Below, piece after piece: positions 9,866 through 20,070 of a stretch of DNA of 64,000 nt (positions are counted from its first letter, which is position 1; each line of letters starts with the position of its first letter). A program made the translations under genes and the position numbers. The notes beneath the pieces are model-generated. The model made no database searches and was not told the origin of the DNA. It saw only the letters and a program-made list of their open reading frames with translations. The DNA is from an uncultured Bacteroidales bacterium. GTDB taxonomy: Bacteria > Bacteroidota > Bacteroidia > Bacteroidales > VadinHA17. The stretch spans positions 648,032 to 712,031 of the forward strand of contig CAVTSB010000001.1 in NCBI GenBank assembly GCA_963737255.1, in the 5' to 3' direction.

Positions 9866-11065
9866 ATGATAGAGACAGGGGAGAAGGGAGAAAGGGCGAT
9901 ACTTATCGGTTTAAATTATCCGGGGCAGGACGAGAGCCAGTCACTTGAATACCTGGCTGAACTTTCCTTCCTGGCTGAAACTGCCGGAGCCATACCGGTT
10001 AATACATATATTCAGAAATTAAAGGTTCCTGATGCCCGGACCTTTGTCGGCTCCGGAAAAATCGTTGAAATTGCCGGATATGTAACCGAGAATTCCATAG
10101 ATATTGCAATTTTCGATGATGAACTCACTCCCAGCCAGATGAGAAATATCGAAACGGCTCTTGGCTGCAGGATACTCGACAGAACAAATCTTATCCTCGA
10201 CATTTTTGCTCACCGTGCAAGAACTTCGCATGCGAGGACCCAGGTGGAACTGGCACAGTACCAGTATCTTTTACCGCGACTTACCGGCATGTGGACCCAC
10301 CTGGAAAGGCAAAGGGGAGGAATAGGGCTGAGAGGTCCGGGTGAAACAGAGATCGAGACCGACCGCAGGATCATCAGGGAAAGAATATTGCTTCTCAAGG
10401 CACAGCTTAAAAAGATTGACACCCAGATGTCGGTACAGCGGAAAAACCGGGGTAAAATGGTCAGGGTGGCGCTTGTCGGCTATACAAATGTAGGCAAATC
10501 GACCATAATGAACCTTCTGGGCAAATCGGAGGTATTCGCTGAAAATAAACTCTTTGCCACTCTCGATACCACAGTAAGAAAGGTAGTGATCGGCAACCTT
10601 CCATTCCTGCTCTCGGATACGGTCGGGTTTATCCGGAAGCTTCCCCACGATCTGGTAGAATCATTTAAATCGACTCTCGATGAGGTAAGGGAGTCCGATC
10701 TGCTGCTGCATATCGTGGATATATCCCACCCGGGTTTTGAAGAACAGATAACGGTTGTAAATGAGACTCTTAAGGATTTGGGATCGGCAGATAAACCGGT
10801 TATTATCGTTTTCAACAAGATAGATGCATTTACCTATGATGCCAGGGATGAAGATGACCTGACTCCGGTAACCAGGGAAAATTATTCACTGAGCGACCTT
10901 AAGAAGACCTGGATGGCTCTCGACAAGAACCACAGAACAATATTCATATCGGCAAAGAAGCGGGAGAATATTGGAGAGTTTAGGAAAATGCTGTACGAGG
11001 AAGTTAAGGGGATACATATTAAGAGGTATCCGTATAATGACTTTCTTTATGAATCCGAAACCTGA
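9866..11065 (+). CDS. hflX: GTPase HflX
   Basis: HflX N-domain, G1 GYTNVGKST, G3 DTVGF, G4 NKID. Confidence 0.9.
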   Translation: MIETGEKGERAILIGLNYPGQDESQSLEYLAELSFLAETAGAIPVNTYIQKLKVPDARTFVGSGKIVEIAGYVTENSIDIAIFDDELTPSQMRNIETALGCRILDRTNLILDIFAHRARTSHARTQVELAQYQYLLPRLTGMWTHLERQRGGIGLRGPGETEIETDRRIIRERILLLKAQLKKIDTQMSVQRKNRGKMVRVALVGYTNVGKSTIMNLLGKSEVFAENKLFATLDTTVRKVVIGNLPFLLSDTVGFIRKLPHDLVESFKSTLDEVRESDLLLHIVDISHPGFEEQITVVNETLKDLGSADKPVIIVFNKIDAFTYDARDEDDLTPVTRENYSLSDLKKTWMALDKNHRTIFISAKKRENIGEFRKMLYEEVKGIHIKRYPYNDFLYESET

Positions 11066-11095
11066 GGAGATACCGGGATCTACTTAGTAAATGCT

Positions 11096-12085
11096 TTAGT
11101 ATAGCTTATTCGCCGACATATACTCGGCAATCTGTACTGCATTGGTTGCGGCACCCTTGCGGATATTGTCCGAAACGATCCACAGGTTCAGGCATTTCTC
11201 CTTTGACAAATCCCTTCTGATCCTGCCAACAAAAACCTCATCCCTGTTGTGCGAAAGTATCGGCATCGGATACTTGAACTCCTCAGGGTTATCGTAAACC
11301 ACTACACCCGGAAAATTGCTGAGGAGCGACCTTACGTCATCAATATCATATTCATTCTCAAATTCGATATTTACAGCTTCGGAGTGACCTCCGACAACAG
11401 GTATCCTTACCACTGTGGCCGTAACCATAATACTCTGGTCTTCAAGAATCTTACGGGTTTCATCTATAAGCTTCTGCTCTTCAGTAGTGTAACCGTCTGG
11501 CTGAAATGTCCCTCCGTGAGGAAAACAGTTCATGTCGATCTGGTACTGGTATGCCATTTCCCCTTTTATTCCGAGCCTTTCATTTTCCATCTGGGCAACC
11601 GCCTTGACTCCGGTTCCGGTAACTGACTGATAGGTGGCTATCACAAGCCTTTTAATTTTATATTTGTCGTGAAGGGGAGCCAGGGCCATAACCATCTGGA
11701 TCGTGGAGCAGTTTGGATTTGCAATTATCCTGTCACCTTTTTTTATTGCATGACCGTTGATTTCGGGAACTACCAGGGGAACATTCTGGTTCATCCTCCA
11801 GGCTGATGAATTGTCAATGACTATTATTCCGTTCTCTGCAAATACGGGAGCCCACTCCTTTGAAGTTGACGCGCCCGCGGAAAATATGGCAAAAACCGGT
11901 CTGGCTTCGACTGCTTCCTTCACGCTTACAACCTTAACAGCCTTCCCCCTGAATTCGATCTCTTTTCCCACCGACCGCTCTGATGCGGCAGGTATCAATT
12001 CCGTAACCGGGAAATTTCTCTCTTCCAGAACTTTGATCATAGTTCTGCCGACCATTCCGGTGGCTCCAACAACAGCTGTCTTCAT
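11096..12085 (-). CDS. asd: Aspartate-semialdehyde dehydrogenase
   Basis: VGATGMVG NAD motif and active-site NPNCSTIQ. Confidence 0.9.
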   Translation of the reverse strand: MKTAVVGATGMVGRTMIKVLEERNFPVTELIPAASERSVGKEIEFRGKAVKVVSVKEAVEARPVFAIFSAGASTSKEWAPVFAENGIIVIDNSSAWRMNQNVPLVVPEINGHAIKKGDRIIANPNCSTIQMVMALAPLHDKYKIKRLVIATYQSVTGTGVKAVAQMENERLGIKGEMAYQYQIDMNCFPHGGTFQPDGYTTEEQKLIDETRKILEDQSIMVTATVVRIPVVGGHSEAVNIEFENEYDIDDVRSLLSNFPGVVVYDNPEEFKYPMPILSHNRDEVFVGRIRRDLSKEKCLNLWIVSDNIRKGAATNAVQIAEYMSANKLY

Positions 12086-12144
12086 TTCTTTTTTTTGTAA
12101 GGATTATTGTAATTTCTTATCTTTACTGTTACTTAAAAAACTGT

Positions 12145-12152
12145 CAAAACTA
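12145..12152 (-). promoter_or_regulatory. -7 box TAGTTTTG upstream of asd
   Basis: Plus-strand CAAAACTA, which is TAnnTTTG on the minus strand, about 60 nt upstream of the asd ATG. Confidence 0.35.
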
Positions 12153-12178
12153 ACTTTTTTTTCAATTCGTCCCGCTGC

Positions 12179-14540
12179 ATGAATAAAGTTATTTTGCTGG
12201 TTTTGTTAATGCCATTTACGGCATTCGGCCAGATTGTGGAAAATTTTGAACAGGGCGCCGGCACAGGTTGGATCCAAAGCCCTGAAGGACACTGGATTAA
12301 TGATGATGTAAACCCCATTTCGGGAAACTTCTCATTGCACCATTCATTTGACAATTCCGGATCGGGAACTGATGTGACCGGAGTTGCAATCAATGATCTC
12401 CACCCTGGTGACGGACTTTCCAGATGGAGTTTCTGCATCAGGCACGGATGCGATGCTTCGTCTTCAAATTGCTGGGGGGTATACCTGATGTCTGACATAA
12501 ATCCCGAATCGCTACGGATGGATCGTGCTGCAAAAGGATTTGCGGCCGGCGTCAACCTTACCGGAAATGACGATACGCTGCGGCTCTGGAAAGTAAGGGA
12601 TGGCACTTTTTATCCTGTTGTTGCCACTGGTTTAAACTGGCAGACCGGGGCAGGAACCCAGGCTGCGATGAAAATTGTTGTTGAACGGTCGCAATCAGGG
12701 CAGTGGACCATACGGGTATCCGATCTCAGTAATCTCTTAATAAGTTCATCTTCCGGGATTGACAATGAATTATTTTATCCGGGATGGTTTAGCCTGTACT
12801 ATAAATATTCGTCTGCACGCGACAGGCTTCTCTGGCTCGATGATGTGAGCATTGAGGGAACCTTTTATGTAGAGGAACCACCCCCGGATGTCCCCCCGGT
12901 ACATGTCTCTCCCGGAGATATTGTTATTTCCGAAATAATGGCTGACCCTCTTCCGGTCGTGTCGCTTCCGGGAAAAGAGTACCTGGAGATCAGCAACACG
13001 ACTGATAAACCGGTCAAAATCCAGGACTGGCATCTCACCGACGGGAATCAAAAGTTCTATTTACCGGGAATGGTATTATTTCCCGGGAAGCCGGTGATAG
13101 TATGCCATGAAAGGGATGCACCATTGTTTGGAAGCTATGGTGAAACAATGGGGCTGAAATCATTTCCTGCACTGACTGACGGAGGTAAGGTGCTGGCAAT
13201 AAATGACAGCACAGGAAAGCTTATCCACGGTATCAAATATTCTTACGACTGGTACGGTGATGAACTGAAGTCAGACGGAGGCTGGTCGCTTGAAATGATC
13301 GATATGAAGTTCCCGTTCTATCAGGAAGGAAACTGGCACGCGTCGCTTTCAAAGGAAGGCGGAAGTCCCGGGAAACCGAATTCGGTTTCCCATAGTAATC
13401 CTGACATGGAATTCTTTGGAATTGAAAATGTTTTTCCTGACGACAGCAGCACTGTCAGGATTAAGTTTTCCGAAACACTTACCGGGCTTGCTGAAGAGAA
13501 GTCAGAAGTGAAGATCGGCGATGATGAAATCGCTGACCTGGCCCATGAGGATCCCCTTTTGCAGGAATACATCATAATTCCCGAAAAACCACTTGAGCGC
13601 GAAACCATTTATACGGTCTCAGTAAGCGATGAAATAACCGACTTTGCAGGAAACCGGGCAGAAAGGAATGGATTCAGCTTCGGCATCACTGAGCGGGCCC
13701 TTACGGGAGATCTTATGTTCAATGAGCTGTTATTTAATCCGGCACCGGGGGAACCTGATTACATTGAGTTTATAAATGTTTCGGGAAGGATAGTTGATGC
13801 ATCCAGGCTGATGGTGGTGTCGGTAAATGATGAAACAAATGATACTTCGGATATTTATAATCTGTCATCTGAGCAGAGGTGTATACTCCCGGGCAGCTTT
13901 TATGCTGTGACAACTGACAGGGACAGGGTGCTTGAAAGGTTTTATTCGGCTGATCCGAATCAGGTGTTTGAGGTATCATCACTGCCTTCAATGCCTGATG
14001 ATAAGGGGCATCTCGTTCTCTTCAGCCGCGAGCTTGACAAAATTGACGAAGTGAGGTATGATGAGGATATGCATTACCCGCTTTTACAGGCGACTGAAGG
14101 GATCTCGCTTGAAAAGGTAAGGCCGCAGCCAGGGTTCGGCCGGTGAAATATACTGGCATTCAGCTTCGGAATCGTCGGGATGGGGAACGCCGGGGGCCGT
14201 GAATTCAGTTTTTTCGGAGGAGCCGGCGGGTGATGACCGGGTAATTCTTTCCTCAACCAGAATAACTACCGATAATGACGGGATTGAGGATTTGCTTGTG
14301 ATCGATCTGAATCTCGCGGGTAACGGCAACGTTGTTTCGGTGATGATCTTTGATGAGTCAGGTGGTATGGTGAAAAGACTAACAGATAATCTCCTTGCGG
14401 GTCAGAAGGCTTCAATTGTGTGGGACGGAACGGATGATGGAGGGAGGCTCGTCAGAAGAGGAATCTATATTCTGCTGATTTCAGCCTTTGATGATGAGGG
14501 GAAAAGGCTGAGGTGGAAGAAGGTGTGTGCTGTTATTTAA
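12179..14540 (+). pseudogene. Large secreted lamin-tail-domain (LTD) protein with C-terminal FlgD-Ig/T9SS-sorting-like domain, interrupted by a frameshift
   Basis: ORF 12179-14146 has two LTD-like segments (ISEIMADP..YLEISN; MFNELLFNPAPGEPDYIEFIN). It stops at 14144, and the reading continues in the +1 frame from 14121 (GRSQGSAGEIYWHSASESSGWGTPGAVNS...) to 14540. Confidence 0.7.
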
Positions 14541-14552
14541 ATAGAATTTCGG

Positions 14553-14596
14553 ATTGCGGATTTGTGATTTCGGATTGAGTTGTAGAAATCCGCAAT
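14553..14596. terminator. Bidirectional hairpin between convergent genes
   Basis: ATTGCGGATTT (14553-14563) pairs with AAATCCGCAAT (14586-14596). Confidence 0.5.
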
Positions 14597-15411
14597 TATA
14601 ACGACGCTATCAATTCGGTCATAATGATCGTCATCCTGGCTTCTGCCTTTTCAGCTTCTCTCTGAACGGATTCATGAGTCGTATACACAATCTTCCCTTC
14701 GATTCCAAGATCGGTGATGATACTCACCGCAAAGCAGGGAAGCCCCATATGCCTGGCAACAATAACCTCTGGAACGGTCGACATTCCCACAGAATCGGCT
14801 CCGATGGCACGGAAATACCTGTATTCGGCAGGAGTTTCAAAAGTAGGACCGGTTGTACCAAGATAGATCCCTTTATGTACCCTGATTCCATTTTTCTTTG
14901 CAATTTCCTCGGCCCTGTTTATCAGCGACCGGTTGTATGAACCGCTCATGTCAGGGAAGCGGGGTCCGATACGTTCATCATTTTGTCCGACCAGCGGATT
15001 GGGCATGAGGTTGATATGATCGGTTATAATCATTATATCCCCGATCTGAAAGTCAGGATTTAAACCGCCTGCTGCATTGGAAAGGAACAGATTCCGGATG
15101 CCAAGGTATTTCAGGACCCTGATGGGCATTGCAACCTGTTCGGAACTGTACCCTTCATAATAATGGAACCTTCCCTTCATGGCAACGATTTTCTTTCCGC
15201 CGAAATCGCCCGATATAAGCTTTCCCGCGTGTCCTTCGACCGTTGAAACGGGGAAATTCGGAATATCACGGTAGTCGATCTCAACCGGATTTTTGATCGC
15301 TGTTGAAAGTCCTCCCAATCCGGTGCCCAGGATTATGCCTGCATCAGGCCTTTGAATGCCATTAGTTCTGAGGAACTCCGCTGTTTCTATTATTTTTTCT
15401 AACATATTCAA
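14596..15411 (-). CDS. Purine nucleoside phosphorylase (trimeric PNP family)
   Basis: Motifs GTGLGG, VEGHAG, SNAAGGLNP and VGMSTVPEV. The start may be the second ATG, at 15405. Confidence 0.85.
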   Translation of the reverse strand: MNMLEKIIETAEFLRTNGIQRPDAGIILGTGLGGLSTAIKNPVEIDYRDIPNFPVSTVEGHAGKLISGDFGGKKIVAMKGRFHYYEGYSSEQVAMPIRVLKYLGIRNLFLSNAAGGLNPDFQIGDIMIITDHINLMPNPLVGQNDERIGPRFPDMSGSYNRSLINRAEEIAKKNGIRVHKGIYLGTTGPTFETPAEYRYFRAIGADSVGMSTVPEVIVARHMGLPCFAVSIITDLGIEGKIVYTTHESVQREAEKAEARMTIIMTELIASL

Positions 15412-16462
15412 TAATCAGATTTTCAAACCGGGGACCTGCATTGTTTAAAAACTTTACACGGATGGGGATATAAAAAAATGTCGTTTTCAGAGGGAGTGCA
15501 ATATTAGTAAATTCCCTGATCCTTACAGCATCCTTTTCAGTGGTAACTATATACTTTTCTGAGGATTTGAGATGATTCACAGCACGCGTTATCTTCTCAA
15601 TATCCGGGCCGGTATAACAATGATGATCGGGAAAATCAATGTGTTCGAGTTCACTGAAATATTTCCCGAGATACTTCTTAATCGGACCCGAAGAAGCTAT
15701 CCCGGTTACCAGGACAACTCCGCGATTTCCACGATCCTCATGAGAAAGTGAGAACTGACCGGAAAAGCTGTCTTTAAACAGGGGTAACGGGGCGTCATAC
15801 TTAAGCGAGGTGAAGAAGACTTCCTTGCCGCCATAAATTTTAAGCTCCCGGGTAATTTCATCAATTGTTCCTGCAGAGATGTCTTCCGGCGATTTTGTAA
15901 CCAGTATCATGTCTGCCCGTTTTATATTTTTCTTGCTCTCCCTCAGATAACCGTAGGGCATAAGCTGGTCCCTTGTCATCAGTCTGTTAAAATCAGTAAG
16001 CAGGATTGAAAAACCGGGTTTCAGGCTTCTGTGCTGAAAACCGTCATCCATTATTACTGCCTCTGTTAAGGGGAATTCTTTTAAAATGGCTTTGATTCCG
16101 TTGACCCTGTCACGATCGACGGCGACCAGGATGTCAGAAAATTTCCGGGCGATCTGTAATGGTTCGTCGCCCGACTCAATTACAGTTGATGATGGAGTAA
16201 CGACCCGGAAACCGGTTGATTTCCTCCTGTATCCCCTGCTTAAAACAGCCACCCTGAATTTTTCACGTAACAGCCTGACAAGGTATTCGGTATGAGGCGT
16301 TTTGCCCGTGCCGCCGACAGTGATATTTCCGGCACAGATGATTGGGATGCTGAATTCAGCCGAGGTCAGGAATCCCTTATCGTAAAGAAAATTTCTGAGA
16401 TCCGTGACAAGCCGGTAAAGAAGTGAGAACGGATAGAGGAAGAGATATTTTCTTTTTCCCAT
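15362..16462 (-). CDS. lpxK: Tetraacyldisaccharide 4'-kinase
   Basis: P-loop GNITVGGTGKTP and SRGY motif. Confidence 0.85.
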   Translation of the reverse strand: MGKRKYLFLYPFSLLYRLVTDLRNFLYDKGFLTSAEFSIPIICAGNITVGGTGKTPHTEYLVRLLREKFRVAVLSRGYRRKSTGFRVVTPSSTVIESGDEPLQIARKFSDILVAVDRDRVNGIKAILKEFPLTEAVIMDDGFQHRSLKPGFSILLTDFNRLMTRDQLMPYGYLRESKKNIKRADMILVTKSPEDISAGTIDEITRELKIYGGKEVFFTSLKYDAPLPLFKDSFSGQFSLSHEDRGNRGVVLVTGIASSGPIKKYLGKYFSELEHIDFPDHHCYTGPDIEKITRAVNHLKSSEKYIVTTEKDAVRIREFTNIALPLKTTFFYIPIRVKFLNNAGPRFENLIIEYVRKNNRNSGVPQN

Positions 16463-16465
16463 AAA

Positions 16466-18235
16466 TTAGTGTACCTCAATAAAATAAGGTAATCTTGCCT
16501 GGACCCCCGAAAGATTTTTTAACTCCTGAAGAGTATTATAGAATTTAATGTTTTCGCCGAGTTCATTTTTCAGGAACCTCATTTTTATCTCACCCGTTAA
16601 CTGGGACAGGAGTCTTGAATATGGATCAACAAGCGCCGGCAATTCACGTATTGAATATGTTTCAATCTCTGCAAGGCTTGCCGCTTCATCTATCGATGCC
16701 TTCAATCCGCCAAACATGTCGACCAGGCCTATATCAATCGCACTCGATCCGCTCCATACTCTTCCCTGTCCTATGCTGTCAACCGAGCCGGTGCTCATCT
16801 TTCTGCCATCCGATACTTTGCTCACAAAATCGGAGTAAATATTTTCAATGCTTTTCTGCATTACCTCTTTTTCGTAAATATCCATCGGCCTGTAAACCGA
16901 GGGAAAGTCGGCATTCTCGTTTGTGCTGACTGTCTCCGTCGTGATCCCAAGCTTCTCATCCATCAGACGGCCCGCGTTGGGAAGCAGTCCGAAAACACCT
17001 ATCGATCCGGTTATTGTTGCAGGATTTGCAAGGATCTTTGTTCCCGGTGCAGAGATGAAATAACCGCCCGAGGCAGCATAGTTTCCCATTGAGATTACCA
17101 CAGGCTTGACTTTGGCAGCAAGTTCAAGCTCCCTCCAGATGATGTCGGAGGCTATTGCACTTCCTCCGGGTGAATTTACCCTCAGTACAATGGCTTTCAC
17201 CGTTGTATCCTTCCTCTCTTTCCTGATAACCTCTGCATATGAGTTCCCTCCGATATTGTTTTCATTCCCTTTGCCCATAACGATCGTTCCTTCAGCATAA
17301 ATTACCGAGATTTTGTTTTTTGCCGAAACCATCCTGTTCGGGTCCGGTACTTTCGAGTACCTGGTCATCGAAACCATCTGGATCTTGTCGTCTGTAGTCA
17401 GGCCTGAACGGATTTTTAAAGTATCGATCAGTGCATCGCGGTAAATGAGCCCGTCAACAAGGCCATTTTCAAATGCGCCGGATGCAAAATAGCCCGTAAG
17501 GTTATCGGCCAGCTTATTAAGATTTTCAGGGGTGATCCCTCTTGATTCCGAGATTTTGGTAATTACATGTGACCAGATCGATCCGATGTAGCTTTTTATC
17601 TGTTCCTCATTTTCCTTGCTTAGCCCGTCAAGAATAAAGGGTTCAACAGCCCCCTTGAATTTACCGTGACGTGTAACCTGAACTTCGACGCCGATCTTCT
17701 CAAGCGCTTTTTTGTAGAACATTACTTCCCCGCTAAGCCCTTTAAAATCGATTGTTGAAGATGGATTAATAAAGACTTTATCGGCAGCGGTCGACAAATA
17801 ATAACCTTCCTGTGACATAAGGTAATCGGAGTAGGCGATCACAAATTTACCGTCGGCCCTGAATTTTTCAAGAGCTTCCCTTATTTCTCCGGTAGTCGCC
17901 CAGCCTGAAGGCAAAAGCCCGTTTTCAATGAGGATCCCCTTTATTTTATCATCAGCCGAGGCCTTTTTTATGTTCAGAAGTATTTCATTTAATCCGGGAG
18001 CGGGAGTAACGGTCATATCTATAAAATCGAAGCCTGCAAACGGATTTTTGCTTCCTCTGTCAGGGATCGGTACGCCGGCCTTAAGTACCAGTATTGAATT
18101 TTCTGATACTGAGGCCGGTTTATCTCCGGTTGCAACCAGAGCGCTCAGGCTGGCCAGCATTACCACAAAGAAAAGGATAGTCACCAGAATAATTCCGGTT
18201 ATTGTCGCAAGTGTATAGATCAGGAAATTTTTCAT
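16466..18235 (-). CDS. sppA: Signal peptide peptidase SppA, 67K type
   Basis: 589 aa with an N-terminal TM segment and two ClpP/crotonase-like halves (LRVNSPGGSA, AASGGYFIS). Confidence 0.85.
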   Translation of the reverse strand: MKNFLIYTLATITGIILVTILFFVVMLASLSALVATGDKPASVSENSILVLKAGVPIPDRGSKNPFAGFDFIDMTVTPAPGLNEILLNIKKASADDKIKGILIENGLLPSGWATTGEIREALEKFRADGKFVIAYSDYLMSQEGYYLSTAADKVFINPSSTIDFKGLSGEVMFYKKALEKIGVEVQVTRHGKFKGAVEPFILDGLSKENEEQIKSYIGSIWSHVITKISESRGITPENLNKLADNLTGYFASGAFENGLVDGLIYRDALIDTLKIRSGLTTDDKIQMVSMTRYSKVPDPNRMVSAKNKISVIYAEGTIVMGKGNENNIGGNSYAEVIRKERKDTTVKAIVLRVNSPGGSAIASDIIWRELELAAKVKPVVISMGNYAASGGYFISAPGTKILANPATITGSIGVFGLLPNAGRLMDEKLGITTETVSTNENADFPSVYRPMDIYEKEVMQKSIENIYSDFVSKVSDGRKMSTGSVDSIGQGRVWSGSSAIDIGLVDMFGGLKASIDEAASLAEIETYSIRELPALVDPYSRLLSQLTGEIKMRFLKNELGENIKFYNTLQELKNLSGVQARLPYFIEVH

Positions 18236-18264
18236 CTGTTAAAATGCTTTATTAAAATGAGTTA

Positions 18265-18272
18265 CAAATATA
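18265..18272 (-). promoter_or_regulatory. -7 box TATATTTG upstream of sppA
   Basis: Plus-strand CAAATATA lies about 30 nt upstream of the sppA ATG. It sits inside the ORF-track 5' extension of folK, which argues for the folK GTG start at 18338. Confidence 0.4.
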
Positions 18273-18337
18273 AAAAAAACAATGGTTCAAGGTGGCAGAC
18301 TCGGGTGGAATTTATAAATTTAACCAAATTCATTTTC

Positions 18338-18868
18338 GTGGAGAAAAATGTATTTCTTGGCATCGGGACAAATCTTGGCAACAGGGAATATTATCTTGAC
18401 AGGGCGCTTGAAGCTATCGGTGCATCTGCCGGGGAAGTGAGCGCTGTTTCAAGGATCTATGAAACGGAGCCCTGGGGATTCAAATCGAAGAATAAATTCC
18501 TGAACATGGCTGTCAGGATCAATACTGACCTGGAACCTGAAGAATTGCTTCATACGGTTCTGGAAATAGAGAAACAGCTTGGAAGAAAAAGATAGACCAA
18601 AAGGTACTCTTCAAGAACCGTTGACATAGACATTCTCCTTTACGGCGACCGTGTGATAATGGAGCAGTGCCTGCAGGTCCCTCATCCAAAGCTCGGCCAA
18701 AGACGATTTGTGCTTGTCCCGTTATGCGACATAGCCGCTGAAATAGTTCATCCAGTGCTTATGAAGACCTTTGCCAGGTTACTTGGGGAGTGCGCGGATG
18801 AGAATAAAGTAGAAGTCTTTTCTTCCACCCCGGGACCTCACAACAATCCGTTATCGGCGAAGCTGTAG
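18338..18868 (+). pseudogene. folK: HPPK (2-amino-4-hydroxy-6-hydroxymethyldihydropteridine pyrophosphokinase) with an in-frame TAG
   Basis: VFLGIGTNLG...ETEPWG...LGRKR-TAG-TKRYSSRTVDIDILLYG...VPHP is collinear with FolK. The stop at 18593-18595 is in the same frame as the downstream ORF (18653-18868). Confidence 0.75.
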
Positions 18869-19521
18869 AAATCCTTTTCGGAAATGATAATATGATCGAG
18901 AAGCTGGATATCCATAAGATTACCGGCTTCCTTTATTTTCCGGGTGATCTTTGAGTCGGATTCACTTGGATTGAGGTTTCCCGAGGGATGGTTATGACAT
19001 ACGATGATCCCGGACGCAAGGTATTCGACAGCTTTTTTCATGATTATCCTCACATCGGTTACGGTACCACTGATACCACCCTGGCTCAGTTTCATTTTGT
19101 CGATCACCCTGTTGGAGCGGTTAAGGAAGAGAACCCAGAACTCTTCGTGCGGCAGGTCGGAAAGCAGGGGCTGGAAAATATCAGCCACGTCTTTTGAGCA
19201 CTTTATCTGATTTGAATCAGGTGCTTCGGCAAGTTTTCGCCTTCTGCCGAGTTCGAGGGCTGCCGAGATTGTTACAGCCCGTGCAGGACCGATCCCGTGG
19301 ATCTTTCTCAGGTCAGCGACCGAAAGTTTCCCAAGGGAGACCAGGTTGTTGTTTACAATGCTCAGCAGTTCCCTTCCAAGGTCGACGGCTGATTTTTTCC
19401 TTGTGCCGGAGCTTATGAGAATTGCAAGCAATTCGGCATCGCTCAGGCTGGAAATACCTTTACTGATAAGTTTTTCCCTGGGTCTGTCCTCGACAGCCCA
19501 GTCGGTGATTTTAAGAGACAT
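18838..19521 (-). CDS. radC: RadC-family JAB/MPN domain protein
   Basis: HhH region (IHGIGPARA) and JAMM motif HNHPSG. Confidence 0.85.
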   Translation of the reverse strand: MSLKITDWAVEDRPREKLISKGISSLSDAELLAILISSGTRKKSAVDLGRELLSIVNNNLVSLGKLSVADLRKIHGIGPARAVTISAALELGRRRKLAEAPDSNQIKCSKDVADIFQPLLSDLPHEEFWVLFLNRSNRVIDKMKLSQGGISGTVTDVRIIMKKAVEYLASGIIVCHNHPSGNLNPSESDSKITRKIKEAGNLMDIQLLDHIIISEKDFYSFADNGLL

Positions 19522-19586
19522 GCAGCGATAGGAATGATTACATCATAAAATTAGGAAAGTAATTTGAATTAAGGCGAATTCAGGAT

Positions 19587-19612
19587 AAAAAAAAGGGCTG
19601 ATTTTTCAGCCC
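19587..19612 (-). terminator. Rho-independent terminator after rpsT
   Basis: On the minus strand: GGGCTG-AAAAAT-CAGCCC followed by TTTTTTTT. Confidence 0.7.
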
Positions 19613-19640
19613 CCGGAGGTATTGAATTTTTTTCCTTTAG

Positions 19641-19895
19641 TTACTGTAAGCTGTTTACATGCTTAACCAGGGAGGATTTCAGGTTCGATGCCTTGTTCTT
19701 ATGAATGATATTCTTTTTTGCAAGCTTGTCGAGCATTGCATTCAGCTTTGGAAGCATAACTCCTGCCTCTTCTTTGCTGGTTGTGCTGCGAATCGTCTTA
19801 AGCGCATTACGCATAGTCTTTGCGTAATACTTGTTGCTTTCATTTCTTGACCTGATCTGCCTTATCCGTTTAATTGATGACCTGTGATTTGCCAT
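19641..19895 (-). CDS. rpsT: 30S ribosomal protein S20
   Basis: [13 protein letters not shown]... is the typical S20 N-terminus; 84 aa and basic. Confidence 0.9.
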   Translation of the reverse strand: MANHRSSIKRIRQIRSRNESNKYYAKTMRNALKTIRSTTSKEEAGVMLPKLNAMLDKLAKKNIIHKNKASNLKSSLVKHVNSLQ

Positions 19896-19931
19896 TCTTA
19901 AATTAATTAATTACCTGTTTGTAATACTTTG

Positions 19932-20003
19932 TAGTCCATAGGGGAATCGAACCCCTGTTACCAGGATGAAAACCTGACGTCCTAACCACTAGACGAATGG
20001 ACC
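19932..20003 (-). tRNA. tRNA-Glu (anticodon UUC)
   Basis: Manual cloverleaf: GGTCCAT-TC-GTCTAGTGGTTAGGAC, anticodon arm TCAGG-TTTTCAT-CCTGG, T-arm AGGGGTTCGATTCCCCT. The 1:72 pair is G:U. Confidence 0.85.
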
Positions 20004-20070
20004 AGTGTAAAGAACTTTTAAATGCGGATGCAAAGAAACGATGTTTTTTTTGATCTGCAAAATATTTTAT

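Noticed and set aside
15362-15411. The 50-nt overlap between the lpxK 3' end and the PNP 5' end as a sign of another frameshift.
   Set aside because: Both proteins have normal lengths and intact terminal motifs. The overlap shrinks to 44 nt with the second ATG and is compatible with a compact operon. There is no evidence of disruption.
18593-18595. Genome-wide TAG reassignment or an alternative genetic code as the explanation for the in-frame TAG in folK.
   Set aside because: TAG clearly terminates other genes at their expected ends in this window. Examples are both SusD genes (..NPGFN*, ..NPGY*), glpD, the OM barrel ending in ..RYVF*, the TIM-barrel gene at 21969 and the sigma-54 activator. 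A global recoding is therefore not supported.
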